From Nemertoderma westbladi (lineage: Eukaryota > Animalia > Xenacoelomorpha): DNA of 64,000 nt. Positions 38,297 through 50,492 of the stretch are shown here, one piece after another. The stretch covers positions 63,411 through 127,410 of the forward strand of contig JAUCBJ010000001.1 of NCBI GenBank assembly GCA_032718475.1. Direction: 5' to 3'. A program made the position numbers and the translations under genes. The notes beneath the pieces were generated by a model. The model made no database searches and was not told the DNA's origin. It worked only from the letters and a program-made list of their open reading frames with translations. The first letter of the stretch is position 1; each line of letters begins with the position of its first letter.

Positions 38297-38483
38297 TTTC
38301 CTTTTTTAGGTAATCAATAACTTCGGACTTATAGCTTGGAACTACAAAATTTTGATCATGCTGTTTGAGAAGCTTTAAGGCCGCAACAAGAATACACTTC
38401 TTAAAAGTGCTTAGGTCAGCCATTTGAGAGTCTATGATACTTACCAATATTATCCACCCAATTATAGAATATGCCTGATAATA

Positions 38484-38503
38484 GGATCTCGTCTGGGTCA
38501 TCA
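38484..38503 (-). other. Primer binding site, tRNA-Trp-like with mismatches
   Basis: TGATGACCCAGACGAGATCC 3 nt after the 5' LTR; resembles TGGTGACCCCGACGTGAT (complement of the tRNA-Trp 3' end, from memory). Confidence 0.65.
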
Positions 38504-38506
38504 ATA

Positions 38507-38804
38507 TGTAATGTTCTATATTTATGTAGACAAGAATTAACCAAATAATTAAAGAATATAATATTACTTAAATTCAGATTATATATTAACAGTAGTTTTA
38601 AATGATAATAAATTAAATTAGACAGAAATAATACAAATTGATTGCATAAGTTATCTAAGTATATCAACCAGTCACCATATAGGTTAAATTAACGGCTGAC
38701 TGACTAAAGGTCATTCAAACATAACAAGAGTAATGAGTTTGTAATGACATTAACAGATTGCCAATTAGATGATTGATTGAGATGGTTTAATGTTTTGCTC
38801 TACA
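38507..38804 (-). repeat. 5' LTR (298 bp)
   Basis: Direct repeat of 33976-34279. Confidence 0.95.
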
Positions 38805-40378
38805 CATTAAATAATTGATATACAAAAAAAGACACCTAAAATTGGCAGGTTAAACTGCTAAAGGTCTAAAAGCGCGTACAATAGTATTGCATTATATTGT
38901 ATTATACGAACTGTAGCCTATTTCTACTTGTAAGCCAGTCAAAATCTACATGAATCAAAGTTCTGTCAATCATTTCATACTGACCACAGAACCAAGGCGC
39001 TAGTGATTGACACTGTAGCGGCGCATATTTCGGTCCCGTTGCATTTGTTTACAATTAATTATATTTATATACAAGTGTAGTGTAGTGTAGACTACACTGG
39101 TATACACGTTTTGTATGCGTTTCTCACTCTTTTGTACTCTTTTGTACTATTTTTGCACTCTTTTGTACTATTTTTGCACTTTATTGTACTCTTTTGTACT
39201 ATATTGTACTATTTTGTACTTTTTTGTACAGATTCGTCGGACCGGTAGGTGTCATTGTCAGGGTGTTCTGAGGGTTTTAAAAATTAATGAAGTTAAATTA
39301 AAAACATTAGGCCTAAGGGAGATGCAGAAAGGAGCAGGTTACAGAGGCGGTGTTTTCTAAACACAACAATAAGCGATCACTTTACCGATCCTGCAATCAC
39401 CCCTGCCGATTGAGTGAAATGAGCAGGTACGTTTTAACTACCAAAGCGTATCCTTTGCCTTATAGCCTACCTGTGCCTGTTATAGTGGAAACGTACCAGG
39501 GTACGTTTTCACTTGTTCCCACACTCACACTGCGGATCCAGGATGCATATCTATATCATATCATAGGACTAGCAGGACTCATATCTATTATTTCAATATC
39601 CCTATTAGGCTACTTTATCTGTTTATTACTGTATTAACCTACATGAGTTGTTTCAATTGTTCAAACCAATATAAAACCACGTTCTCATGCTCGCTACGCT
39701 GTCAATTTAATCCATAATCACATTCTGCATTTAAAAACAGTTGGTTGGCCTACTATCTGACTATAAATGTTAAAATTTTCTTGCTCACTACGCTCGCAAT
39801 TTAATTACATCTGTATTTAATTTTAAAAACAGTCGGTTGACCTACTATCTGACTACGTTAATACTGTATTAATCTTAATACTTCTGCAAAATTTATTTGC
39901 TCGCTACGCTCGCCTTTTAATATTTTAATTCTGTCTGACTGTAGGACTGCTGCAGTAGAAACTGATAAATTATTACAATATAATACAGTCAGACAGTACC
40001 TAATAATTGCAAAATTTATTGGTGAATGGTTGGCGCGCATTGAATGTCATGGCTGGCGCGCTTTTCGTTTTACCAGAACCCGTGTGGCGGGCTTTTTGTA
40101 AATAGGCCTATTCCATATAGGCTGCGGATTGCCTTTCGAGGCATAGTCTGATAGTTAACTCACGATAAGGCCTATTCGGATGTTATTAGGTCTCGTCTCG
40201 TGTAGTCAGTTCAGCAGTTAGTCTAGGCGTAGTTCGTACTATTATTTTCCTGTCTGTTATAAATCGGAATTACCGGTACTAGCTAAGTTCAACAATTTTT
40301 GATTCCTATAACTTTAGACGCCAGTCATCTCATGTTCTTTGAATTGAAACCGAGGAAATTACTGCAAGTTTCCGTACC

Positions 40379-42171
40379 ATGAGTGAAGTATGCTCCTCTC
40401 CTGTGCCTGACGAAAACAACCCAGAATTTTTTGAGCCTGCCGGTATATCTATATCATTACCCAAATCCTCTCGGATTATTGATTCCACGTCAGTTACTAC
40501 TGTAAACGAACTGCACGAACACATCTCAGACTTTCCTATTGAATCTCACGCAGCAGCACCCGGTCCTCCTGTCGACATTGGTAGTACAGATCTCGTTTAT
40601 ACCGCACCAACAGCTGCTCTCAAGGATTCTACGAATCGTCAACGAGATATTAGTCCCCCATTAGAACCGGTACAACAAACTGACGACACTTCCTACGGGT
40701 ATTCGCCAACTAGGCCTACTGACGATTCTGTCTTTTTTGACGCTCTAGAAGAATTAAAACCTCAGGAGGTTCATAAACCGGATAAAATTAAATCCCGTGT
40801 CAATCGAAATATATTCTCAGTTGATTTCGAATCCCTTAATACTCCGTCGGATTTTAATATCTCGTCGGTTCTTTTGGAGTTCGAACAGTTCCACTCACCG
40901 GCGCTAATCGACGTCTCGGAAGAGAATTTCCAACCGGCTAGCGGCGATTTCTTCCGGGAAGAGGATTTAGATTACCTCGCGGACCGGTCAGGGCGGGGAA
41001 CCGATAAGGAGGACTCGCAACTCGCTCAGTTCTCGCTCTACCAGAAGTTCGACCCGCTTGTAAATAACCGTCGCCTAACGCAGGTTCTATTGGCCCCGAA
41101 GAAACGTCTCTCTGTCGTGGACGAAGCCCTGAGCGAAAGCCATTGTTCGTCGGCCGACGTCACTATCTGCAAGTCGCCTCGTCTGCGTCTCTCCACCTCC
41201 GACATACGCAGCCCTTCCGTCGGATTCAACTTCTCCGGGTGTGGCGATACTAATTATAACTTCGCAGAACAACCTTTCGTTTCATTCACCTCTACCGACT
41301 CAGAACTTCGTCGCTCCATTTCAACCCGCGACTCTGTGGACTTTGTAGTCGAATCCACTGCCACTAATATTGCTTCTGCTCCCTCAAACACATCTTTCAC
41401 TCTCACTTCAAATTCCTCTCTTTCTCTTCCAACCCCCACTACTTCTTCATCGCATCCAAACAAAGTTTACCCTGTCATCGCTCCTCACACCTCTCCTCTT
41501 CCTCCTCCCACCTCTCCTCTCCCTCCTCCCACCTCTCCCGCCCTTCCCATCTCCTCCCTTCCTCCTCCCAACTTCCCTGCCCCTCCTACCACCCCTCCCA
41601 ATCCCTCCCTCGATCCCGTAATGTCTTACTCCCCCCCTCTCCCTTCCGCCGGACGCACCAGCTACTCCCCGTTCGACGAGATCGACGACCCTTTCCGCTC
41701 CTCTACGACCATGCGTTCCTCCCCTCCCCCTGGAGCCGCTCCCTGCACCCCTCCCCACCAACTCCCACAAGCTCTCTGCCAGGACCCTCAACCCGCGGAT
41801 ATTAACACCCCCGACTCGATGGAGGACAACGGGTTTAAGGATTCCTCCGAGGCGGTCAAGGACTTTAATTACCTCGAGCAGCGCGGCGGCGCTGTCGGTG
41901 TGGGGAAGTTGGCCCGGGAAAGTCTCTACGTAAAGTTCGACCCGCTGGTTCGACCCACGGCCGCTAAAACTGCGCTTATAAATAAACTAGACGAACAGCG
42001 GGCGTCGGCTGGAGTAGATAGTATAACTTCGGTTCGCGATGACACCTCGTTGGGATCCCCGGAGGTCCCTCCCTTAGACGGCCTCTCTACCTCGAGTAAC
42101 CTAAATGTGCTACATAATGCTGACCCATTTAGTCCGCAAACTCACAAGTTTGGCACATTTACTAAGAAAAG
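40379..42171 (+). CDS. TACC: TACC-family protein, exon 1 (acidic Ser/Pro-rich N-terminal region)
   Basis: Two SLYxKFDPLV motifs like TACC3 SLYLKFDPLL; donor AG|GTAAGT phase 2; start ATG assumed. Confidence 0.85.
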
Positions 42172-42594
42172 GTAAGTTGTTACAGTACACTTTTGTAGTG
42201 GCCTACCCTACATTATGCTGGCCTGTAGCAGGTGCCCTATCTTTACGTAAATGTAAGTCAAAGTTGGGGAAAATGAACGGGTCTAATTTGCTAATAAATA
42301 ACTTAATTAATAATTAAAGTAAACGCCAGACTCGTAAATTTACAACGTGCCGGTATGTATTAACTGTGGCCATCGTGCAACAACATCAGTTAAGTTTTAT
42401 CATTATTTACTATGATTTGGCTAGTTTATAATTATTGGCTTCCGACAACAGATGGCTCCGACTCAAACGCACACAGACATACATTTGGTAAACGGCCCTT
42501 CGTATAGTGATGACTGTTCACGGTTCACTGATGGCTCACAATTATGTCTCGCCCAACATCCATTGGTGCGCCACATTGGGTGTGTTTAGATGGC

Positions 42595-43100
42595 GTGGCT
42601 GAGGATCGGTCGTGGCTGAGGGACGATGGTGGCTGAGAGTCGGTGGTGGCTGAGGGTCGGTCGTAGCTGAGGGTCGGTGGTGGCTGAGTGTCGGTCGTGG
42701 CTGGAGATCGATGGTGGCTGAGAGTCGATGGTGGCTGAGAGTCGGTGGCGGTTGAGAGTCGGTCGTGGCTGAGGGTCGGTGGTGGCTGAGGCTCGGTCGT
42801 GGCTGGAAGTCGGTGGTGGCTGAGAGTCGGTGGTGGCTGAGGTTCGGTCGTGGCTGAGAGTCGATCGTGGATGAGGGTCGGTGGTGGTGGCTTAGAGTCG
42901 ATCGTGGCTGAGGGTCGGTGGTGGCTGAGGGTCGGCGGTGGCTGAGAGTTGGTCGTGGCTGAGAGTCGGTGGTGGCTGAGGGTCGGTGGTGACTGAGGTT
43001 TGGTCGTGGCTGGGGTCGGTGGTGGCGGAGTGTGGCTCGTGGCTGAGAGTCAGTGGTGGCTGAGTGTCGGTGGTGGCTGAGTGTCGGTGGTGTCTGAGGG
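42595..43100. repeat. ~17 bp G-rich minisatellite (gtcggtggtggctgagg)n in TACC intron 1
   Basis: ~30 degenerate copies. Confidence 0.9.
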
Positions 43101-45680
43101 CTTTAACTACAAAGTTTTCCAAATTCTATGTTGGACAATACCAATATACATTGTTTGGTGTATTTTTTGTTATTGTTTTAACATAATGCGTCTTGTCTAT
43201 CTATCTATAACTTAGCTTTTTAGTTAATAGGCCTAACTTATCAATGGCAGTCGCATAGGAACGCTGTACACTATGAGCATGGCCAATCACGTTTGATTAA
43301 AATCATTGAGAATTACTTCTCATATAGTATTTGATTAGAGGCTGGCGCTACTTATTTAATTAATAAATGCACAATATTCTGGAACATTATGATGAAGTTC
43401 TCATAAGTTGCTTGGCAACAATGCAATAGCAATGCCTAAATACAAGTACATGGATATTCATACATAAACAAATGTTCTAGAACATGGTGTATTTATTAAA
43501 TGGAATAAATGGCCTGAAAGCGGAAGTAAATACATTCATTCGTGCAACGTTCGAATGCCCATAACTCATTTATTTCCCACCCAATTCATATATATTTACA
43601 TCATTGTGTGCAAAGTAGCACATTGCAGCGTTACGACCCGAGTTTATTTATGTACCGAGCGAGTGAAGCGAGGGAGGTTTACAAATTTCCCTACCAAAAT
43701 CAAATATATTTATATATTTGGAATCCTAGCACTTTCAGCTTTCTATTGGTACGTCAACAAATCACGATAAGGTTCAAGAATAATTGCAGTGTGAATGGTG
43801 AAATATCCTCGGAGACACTATTTTCAAACCCCTGTAGCTAAAGTATCAAAGCAAAAATAAAGTTATTTGAAATTAGCTCTGTTTCAAATTTCATGCAATC
43901 TCATAAAGATTTGTATAAAAATTGGGGAGAGGATGGGGCGTGTCACTGAATTACGACAAGCACTAGGCCTATATTCTAGTCAGGATATGGTGTAATGATA
44001 TCCGGGCTGTGTAACATATAGAAGTGGATAGTATCACATGGACTGGACGGTCAGGGCCCCAACCGCAGGTTATCGTGTTCGGAGAACCCGAATCCGTGCT
44101 CGGCCACGGTACTAGTCTTGCGCAGGCCTTTATAGATTGCCCGGAATTTTAGGGAGCGGAAGATCTCAGCAACGAAGCGAAAACCAACAATAGGATGTTC
44201 CTAGACCCCCCCCCCCCCCCCCCCAAAAAAAAATTTATCTAGAAGACGTTTTCCCATATACATTACGTTTCAAAAGTCTACGGTTCTCCGTCTAGGGCCA
44301 ATTTGAGTCAAAAAGTCCGCCTCCCGAGCAACCTCGTTGCTATGGAGCTATAGCCAAAACGGCTAATGCTACGGAGTTGGGACCGGCGCCAATTGATAGG
44401 CAGCATATGGGTTTACCTTCACAACTTCGAGTTTGAAGTTGCCCGATCATGATCTTGACCATGATCTGATCAGCAAAGATCAGTTTTGATCAGCAATCGG
44501 ACACTCAAAGCTTGTTCCAATCGAAAAACTTAACATTACAAAAAGATTCAGCGACCCCACATTAGTCATGATTCTCGTTAAAAGATTAAAAAAAAAGTGA
44601 ATTCTTCCTGATCAAAACGCAAGATCATGATCGCGCAAAGATCGGACTTCGTAAAATCGTAACTAAGCATTTTGGATATAAACAATTACTGTAGGAAACG
44701 TTCAGAACACCGGTTCTCGAGATCTGATACCTGATCATTAAAGATCGTGTTTTTCGGTTTTTTCAAATTTTCTCGAAAACTTTGTTTGAGACCCCCGATT
44801 TTTTTTTACGAATCGACTTCTATGATGAAGGGGCAACTTTTGAGCCTTTCGAAATTTTCAAAAAGCGATTTGATCAGGCCGCGATCAGAAAAGATCGTGT
44901 TTTTGGTTTTATTTCGAAGACCAAGTCCTGGGAGTTCACCGTATGGAAAAACTTAACATCACAAAAAGATTCCTCATCCTCGAATTATGGGGGGTAGCCA
45001 AAATTTGGGCATAAAAAAGTTCAAGTCTAGTGGGTCAAAACTCAAGATCATGATCGCGAAAAGATCAGTATATTTAAAATCTAATCTAAGCATTTTTCTA
45101 ATAAACACTCATTGTAAGAAATATTCAATGGTCTATTCTGAGTTGATTAAAAAAAAATTGGCTCGATCGGTCTACCGGTTCTCGAGATCAGCTTCCTGAT
45201 CATAAAAGATCGTGTTTTTCGGTTTTTCCCGATTTTCTCGAAAACTTTGTTTGAGACCCCCGATTTTTTTTTTACTAATCGACTTATATTAAGAAGGGGC
45301 AACTTTTGAGCATTTCGAAATTTTCAAAAAGCGATTTGATCAGGCCATGATCAGGAAAGATCATGTTTTCGGTTTTATTTCTAAGACCAAGTCCTGTGAG
45401 TTCACCGTATGAAAAAACTTAACTAGGGATATCCCGGAATTCCGTTCCGGCCGGAATTCCGGCGGTTTTTGCCCGATTCCGGTTCCGGCCGGAATTGCCG
45501 GAATGGGGTCAATTCCGGCCGGAATTTTACCGGAATTACAAGGTTCATATCTAGTTTAATAGCTGCAATTAGTTTGTTAAATTATTATCAACATTTATAT
45601 ATTTTTTAAACATTATTACCAATTAGTTTAAGATACTTTTCAACACTTGTAAAAAAGTATAGAAATAAAGATTTCTTCGA

Positions 45681-45845
45681 CCGTTAGAGCTGACATTTAA
45701 GGATGAAAGGCATAGATGCCCCCTGGTTAGCCCCTTCAAACCATTCGTGCTGAATCGAAAACTGCCTTGGCCCACATGCAGGGATCGAACCCACGACCTC
45801 CAGATAGATTGGAAATCAATGAAACCACTACACCAAGGTGGAACC
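45681..45845 (-). mobile_element. tRNA-derived SINE-like repeat
   Basis: Reverse complement TCCACCTTGGTGTAGTGG...GGTTCGATCCCTGCATGTGGGCCA plus a body homologous to 525-680. Confidence 0.65.
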
Positions 45846-46090
45846 TAATTAACCTATCTAACGAAGGAAAATTCACAGCCACCCTGTTTATTACAGTGAA
45901 TTCAGTCTTGATGGGTCTGTAACACATTTCCAAAAATGTTTTACCTGGTAATCAAACTAAAATGGTCCCACCATCTGTTACACCACTTAGGTAGTATTCA
46001 TATACAATTAAATTCAAAATAACCCTTTTAATTTACATTACTAATTAAACCCTTTGTCGTTCTGAAGATATTTTATGAAATGCATCATTA

Positions 46091-46428
46091 GGCCCGTGCT
46101 CCACTGGTAAGTCGTAAGTCGTTTTCTGATATTGTCTTATAGTCAGAATGTCAAAATGAATGCCTCCTTGCTCCATTGGTAACATAAGTCATTTGATAAA
46201 AAAAATAAGGTGCGACTCACATTTACTGCATATTTATTATACCCAAAGTAACCAATCAGAGGCATCTTGCCGGATATAACACATGATTCATATGTCAAAA
46301 GATGTAACATGGGACATAATCACAGTCGTAATTACAATTTACCAGTGGAGACGCCCCCATTGAAACCAATGTGTTACATAATTTATTCTGACTAAGACTA
46401 CATAAGACTTACCAGTGGAGCACGGGCC
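46091..46428. mobile_element. PIF/Harbinger (Tourist-like) MITE
   Basis: Perfect TIR GGCCCGTGCTCCACTGGTAAGTC with TTA on both flanks. Confidence 0.88.
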
Positions 46429-49159
46429 TTAGCGGGTGGTTTTTCAAATTTGCTTATAAAATGGCGTTTTTTAGATTGATTTTACATTATTTTACATTGA
46501 TCTTACAATATTTTACATTGAATTTAAATTATTTTACATTGATTTTATATTATTTTACTTTGATTAATTATTAAATAATATGATAATTACAGGAGACTAA
46601 ATAAATTGCTAACCTTCTAAAGTTAGCAATGAAACTCGATTAACGATTAACACAATTACAATTACTACTTTAACCTAAAACTAATATAAATATAAAACGT
46701 TATTACAATACGTACAGGTCCTGCGAGTGGTCGTTAGTTCAGTTCTGCGTCGTAGGTGCTGCGTAATATAGTAGTTTAGTTTATATTTACAGCAAATCCA
46801 TTTCTTACCATAAATCTATTTATTCCCAGCAATAATTAAACTGTAACATGTACTATTGGCCTCGTTTATTGTTTTGGTTCGAATAACATGTCACTGTAAC
46901 ATGCTCCTTTTCCTTAAAGACACCAGGATATTGCACCAAAGGACCTAATGACGCGATAGGCCGTAACAAACAGCTCAGGTCATTCTCCACTCCACCCACC
47001 TTAATTCCCCCCAAGGTTCTGATTCATCTCATTAACAAACTTACTGTAGAAATTTAAAAAATTCATTTGTTTCATAAAAAATTATAAAATTTCCTGGGTC
47101 ATTTAGTGTATTTCACTAATTATAGAAAATTCCGGTTCCGGCCGGAATTCCGGTTCCGCCCGGAATTCCGGCCGGAATATTCCGGCATGTTGAATTCCGG
47201 TTCCGGCCGGAATCAAAATATCGATTCCGGGACATCCCTAAACTTAACATTACAAAAAGATTCCTCACCCTCGAATTAGGGGGGTAGCCAAAATTTGACC
47301 ATAAAAAAGTTCAATTCTAGGGGGCAAAAGATCATGATCGCGAAATGATCAGTTTTTTCGAAATTACTTCTGAGCATTTTGGGGCAAAACTTTCAAACTA
47401 ATAAACATTCACTGGAGTGTTCTAAGTAGATTAAAAAAAATTTCGACTCAATAGGCCTACCGGTACCGGAGATATGGTCGTCCAAAGTCTGCTTTACGGT
47501 AATTCGAAAATATTTCGAAAACCCTTGATCGAATTTTTTCCTTGAAAATATGTGAATGTACAGTTAGTGGACCCGCATGTAACGATACATCACAATCCAT
47601 ATTTCGGATGACAGGTACCGGTGAAATCTGACTTTACCGAAAAAAATTCAAATTTTAGCTATTATGTCTGACTATCTCGATAACTATAATAGGTATGGAA
47701 ATACTTTCACTGCAAGAAATGTTCGCCTATCCAATGCGCTTCTAACTCTGTACTCGGATTTTGCATAGTGTCAAAACCTACTACTTAACCCCCCCAGCGG
47801 AGGGAACGGAGTGACCGGAGCGCCAGTACTATCTTTCATTATTATGAAGTAATAAGGGTGGTGGGTGGGGTAGGTGGTGAACACTATTTATAGGGTAGAG
47901 GGAGGGTCTAGTATATTACATAGTTTAGCTGCCTCAGTCTTATTTGTAATATGTTATATATTATACGAAATTATATCAAGTTTAACATACTACATTGTCT
48001 ACCTCTAGGATAAATATACAATGTAGGGCTCATAATATATTTATAAATAGATTTAGTATATTTACATTGTATAACAGAGTGAATTGATACTATTACGGTA
48101 TTATACTAAAGACGCCGCTTTGATATATCTGATCAAATGGCAATTTCTGGTAAATTATCTATTTCACTATCTTAGGTATATCATTCAATTTTTAAAACTA
48201 TAATAATAAACATTTACTTCACTTCTTGTTTACTCGCATGGATATATTAATATAAAATACATCAGTATAATATTTTATGGGGCCAAACCCAACGTAATCA
48301 GAGTAATGTTTAATTATTATTACAATTGGCACATTGAAGTAAGTAGTACATGAGTTTGATAAAATAATTATGAATCCGTATCTTATTCTACTCTACTTCC
48401 TCTCACTCTCTCTCTTTCTCTCTCTCTTTCTCACTCTTATTCTTACTACCACTACTAACTACTATTACTACTACTACTACTGACTACTGCAGAGTTATAT
48501 ATTATAAGATGACGGGGTTCGTGATTATTAGTTATTATACAAGTGCCCCTCGGCTATAGAGAGTCCACCCTCGGTTGCTTACTGGATAATTGTAATAAAG
48601 TTGTAGAAGAACACAAATATACGGGGTGTTGAAATCACTTCCATTGTCTACTAAGTAAGCCATATGGCGATAATTCTGCATAGCAGATCCAGTTTTTATT
48701 CAGTTATATAATATATACAGTTTGCTTTGCACACTTTCCTTGTCAAACGTGGTTTATGCCAGTCGCTATGGTGATTGCTAATAGCACAGATGTATTATAT
48801 ATTGATCGCCCATTGGGATAAGCTGCAACGGTTCCTGGATGGGTGTTAAATGGGAGAGTTTTCCATTAACCTTTTAACGTTCTATTATATTTTCCATTAA
48901 ATATTACGTTGCTGGTTAATTTACAATCCATTTAAACCGGATAGGTTTCACTTAATCATATGGAAGTGTGTCTCATTATTACCATGAATATACACAGCTA
49001 CACACAATAATAAAAAGCAATGTAAGTCCTGTTTAATTTCAACAATAATCGCGATATTTAATAGTAATAAATATTATTGTATGTCATATTTTTTTATATT
49101 TTGTATATTTTTATAACATTTTTTTGTTTTTCATATATTGATGTTCTTTGTTACCTTAG

Positions 49160-49368
49160 GAAACCCGGCAACGCGGCTAGTCACACAAACTTCGACCAAA
49201 CAGCGCCATTGTCCGGCAATGTTAGCTCGGTTACTAGCGACATTATCGATGTGCTACGGTACACACAGACAGACCTCGACTTAGCAGTGACTGCCTCTAA
49301 CGCAGAGCTCGAACGCAATCTCCAGCAGACGCGAGCTCAACAAGATGAATCTCAAACTTTAATTAAAG
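49160..49368 (+). CDS. TACC: TACC exon 2
   Basis: ccttAG acceptor phase 2; LRYTQTDLDLAV (cf. TACC3 LQYSQKDLDAVV); AAG|GTGAGT donor phase 1. Confidence 0.88.
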
Positions 49369-49674
49369 GTGAGTTTTTGATTAATATTCTTTGTGTCCAG
49401 TTGTGGACCTGGGCAGCCTAATTGTGTGGACGGTATAGAACCAGTATAAAACATGTTATAGATTCCAATGGGAGGCTAATTCCATATTGTTTCCCTTTCA
49501 ATTGTGTTTTAATCACACATATCATATTTTTTCAAAACAATATATTCTTCAAATATATATATATATACGAAAAGTAGCTAACTATTCGTATTTCGTTTTG
49601 ACCAGATGGAAATTATAATCCCAAACCAATTTACATGTTTTCCGCCGCAGTGTAACTAACCTATTTGCGTTTAG

Positions 49675-49861
49675 GTTACGAGGCGATATTTCTGGCATTT
49701 ATAAACAAACACGAAAGCGAGTCAACGTCGTCCAATCAGATCGTTCGTGATTTATTGCGCGAGAAAGAACTAGTTTGCGAAGACCTGGCGGGCGTGGAAC
49801 AATCGTTCTCGGAGCTCCATAAACGTTACGATAAACTTAAACTATCCACGGACCGTGCGAG
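49675..49861 (+). CDS. TACC: TACC exon 3 (TACC coiled coil)
   Basis: tttAG acceptor phase 1; EKELVCEDLAGVEQSFSELHKRYDKLK; donor AG|GTTGGT phase 2. Confidence 0.9.
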
Positions 49862-49940
49862 GTTGGTCGCCGTTTACAGTAATTATAATAAATCACACAA
49901 TAAATTTGGTACTGAGACTGAGAATATCAATGATATGAGA

Positions 49941-50492
49941 CTCGAATTAATGAGGTTAACTCGAGTTAATTAGGTTAACTCGAGTTAATGAGGTTAACTC
50001 GAGTTAATGAGGTTAACTCGAGTTAATGAGGTTAACTCGAGATAATGAGGTTAATGAGGTTAACTCGAGATAATGATGTTAACTCGAGTTAATGAGGTTA
50101 ACTCGAGATAATGAGGTTAACTCGAGTTAATGAGGTTAACTCGAGTTAATGAAGTTAACTCGAGTTAATGAGGTTAACTCGAGTTATTGAGGTTAACTCG
50201 AGTTAATTAGGTTAACTCGAGTTAATGAGGTTAACACGAGATAATGAGGTTAACTCGAGTTAATGAGATTAACTCGAGTTATTGAGGTTACCTCCAGTTA
50301 ATGAGGTTAACTCGAGATAATTAGGTTAACTCGAGTTAATGAGGTTAACTCGAGATATTGAGGTTAACTCGAGTAAATGAGGTTACCTCGAGTTAATGAG
50401 GTTACCTCGAGTTAATGAGGTTAACTCGAGATAATGAGGTTAACTCGAGTTAATGAGGTTAACTCGAGTTAATGAGGTTAACTCGAGTTAAT
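49941..50492. repeat. 19 bp palindromic minisatellite (aactcgagttaatgaggtt)n in TACC intron 3
   Basis: ~29 copies, most containing the 14 bp palindrome TTAACTCGAGTTAA. Confidence 0.95.

Larger units (their letters stand above)
33976..38804 (-). mobile_element. Full-length Ty3/gypsy LTR retrotransposon
   Basis: TG...CA LTRs, CATTA TSD (33971-33975, 38805-38809), gag + pol in PR-RT-RH-IN order, PBS and PPT. Confidence 0.97.
45424..47240. mobile_element. hAT-type MITE
   Basis: TIR TAGGGAT(A/G)TCCCGGAAT, ccggaattccgg subterminal repeats, perfect 8 bp TSD aacttaac (45416-45423, 47241-47248). Confidence 0.9.
44010..47850. mobile_element. Non-autonomous repeat with GATC-rich internal direct repeats (possibly Helentron/HINE-like); boundaries approximate
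   Basis: 44710-45060 is repeated at 45175-45423 continuing at 47241-47350 across a hAT insertion. Confidence 0.4.

Noticed and set aside
45770-45845. Functional tRNA gene
   Set aside because: A/B boxes are present, but the anticodon arm is irregular and a shared non-tRNA body follows in both copies, so it is SINE-like
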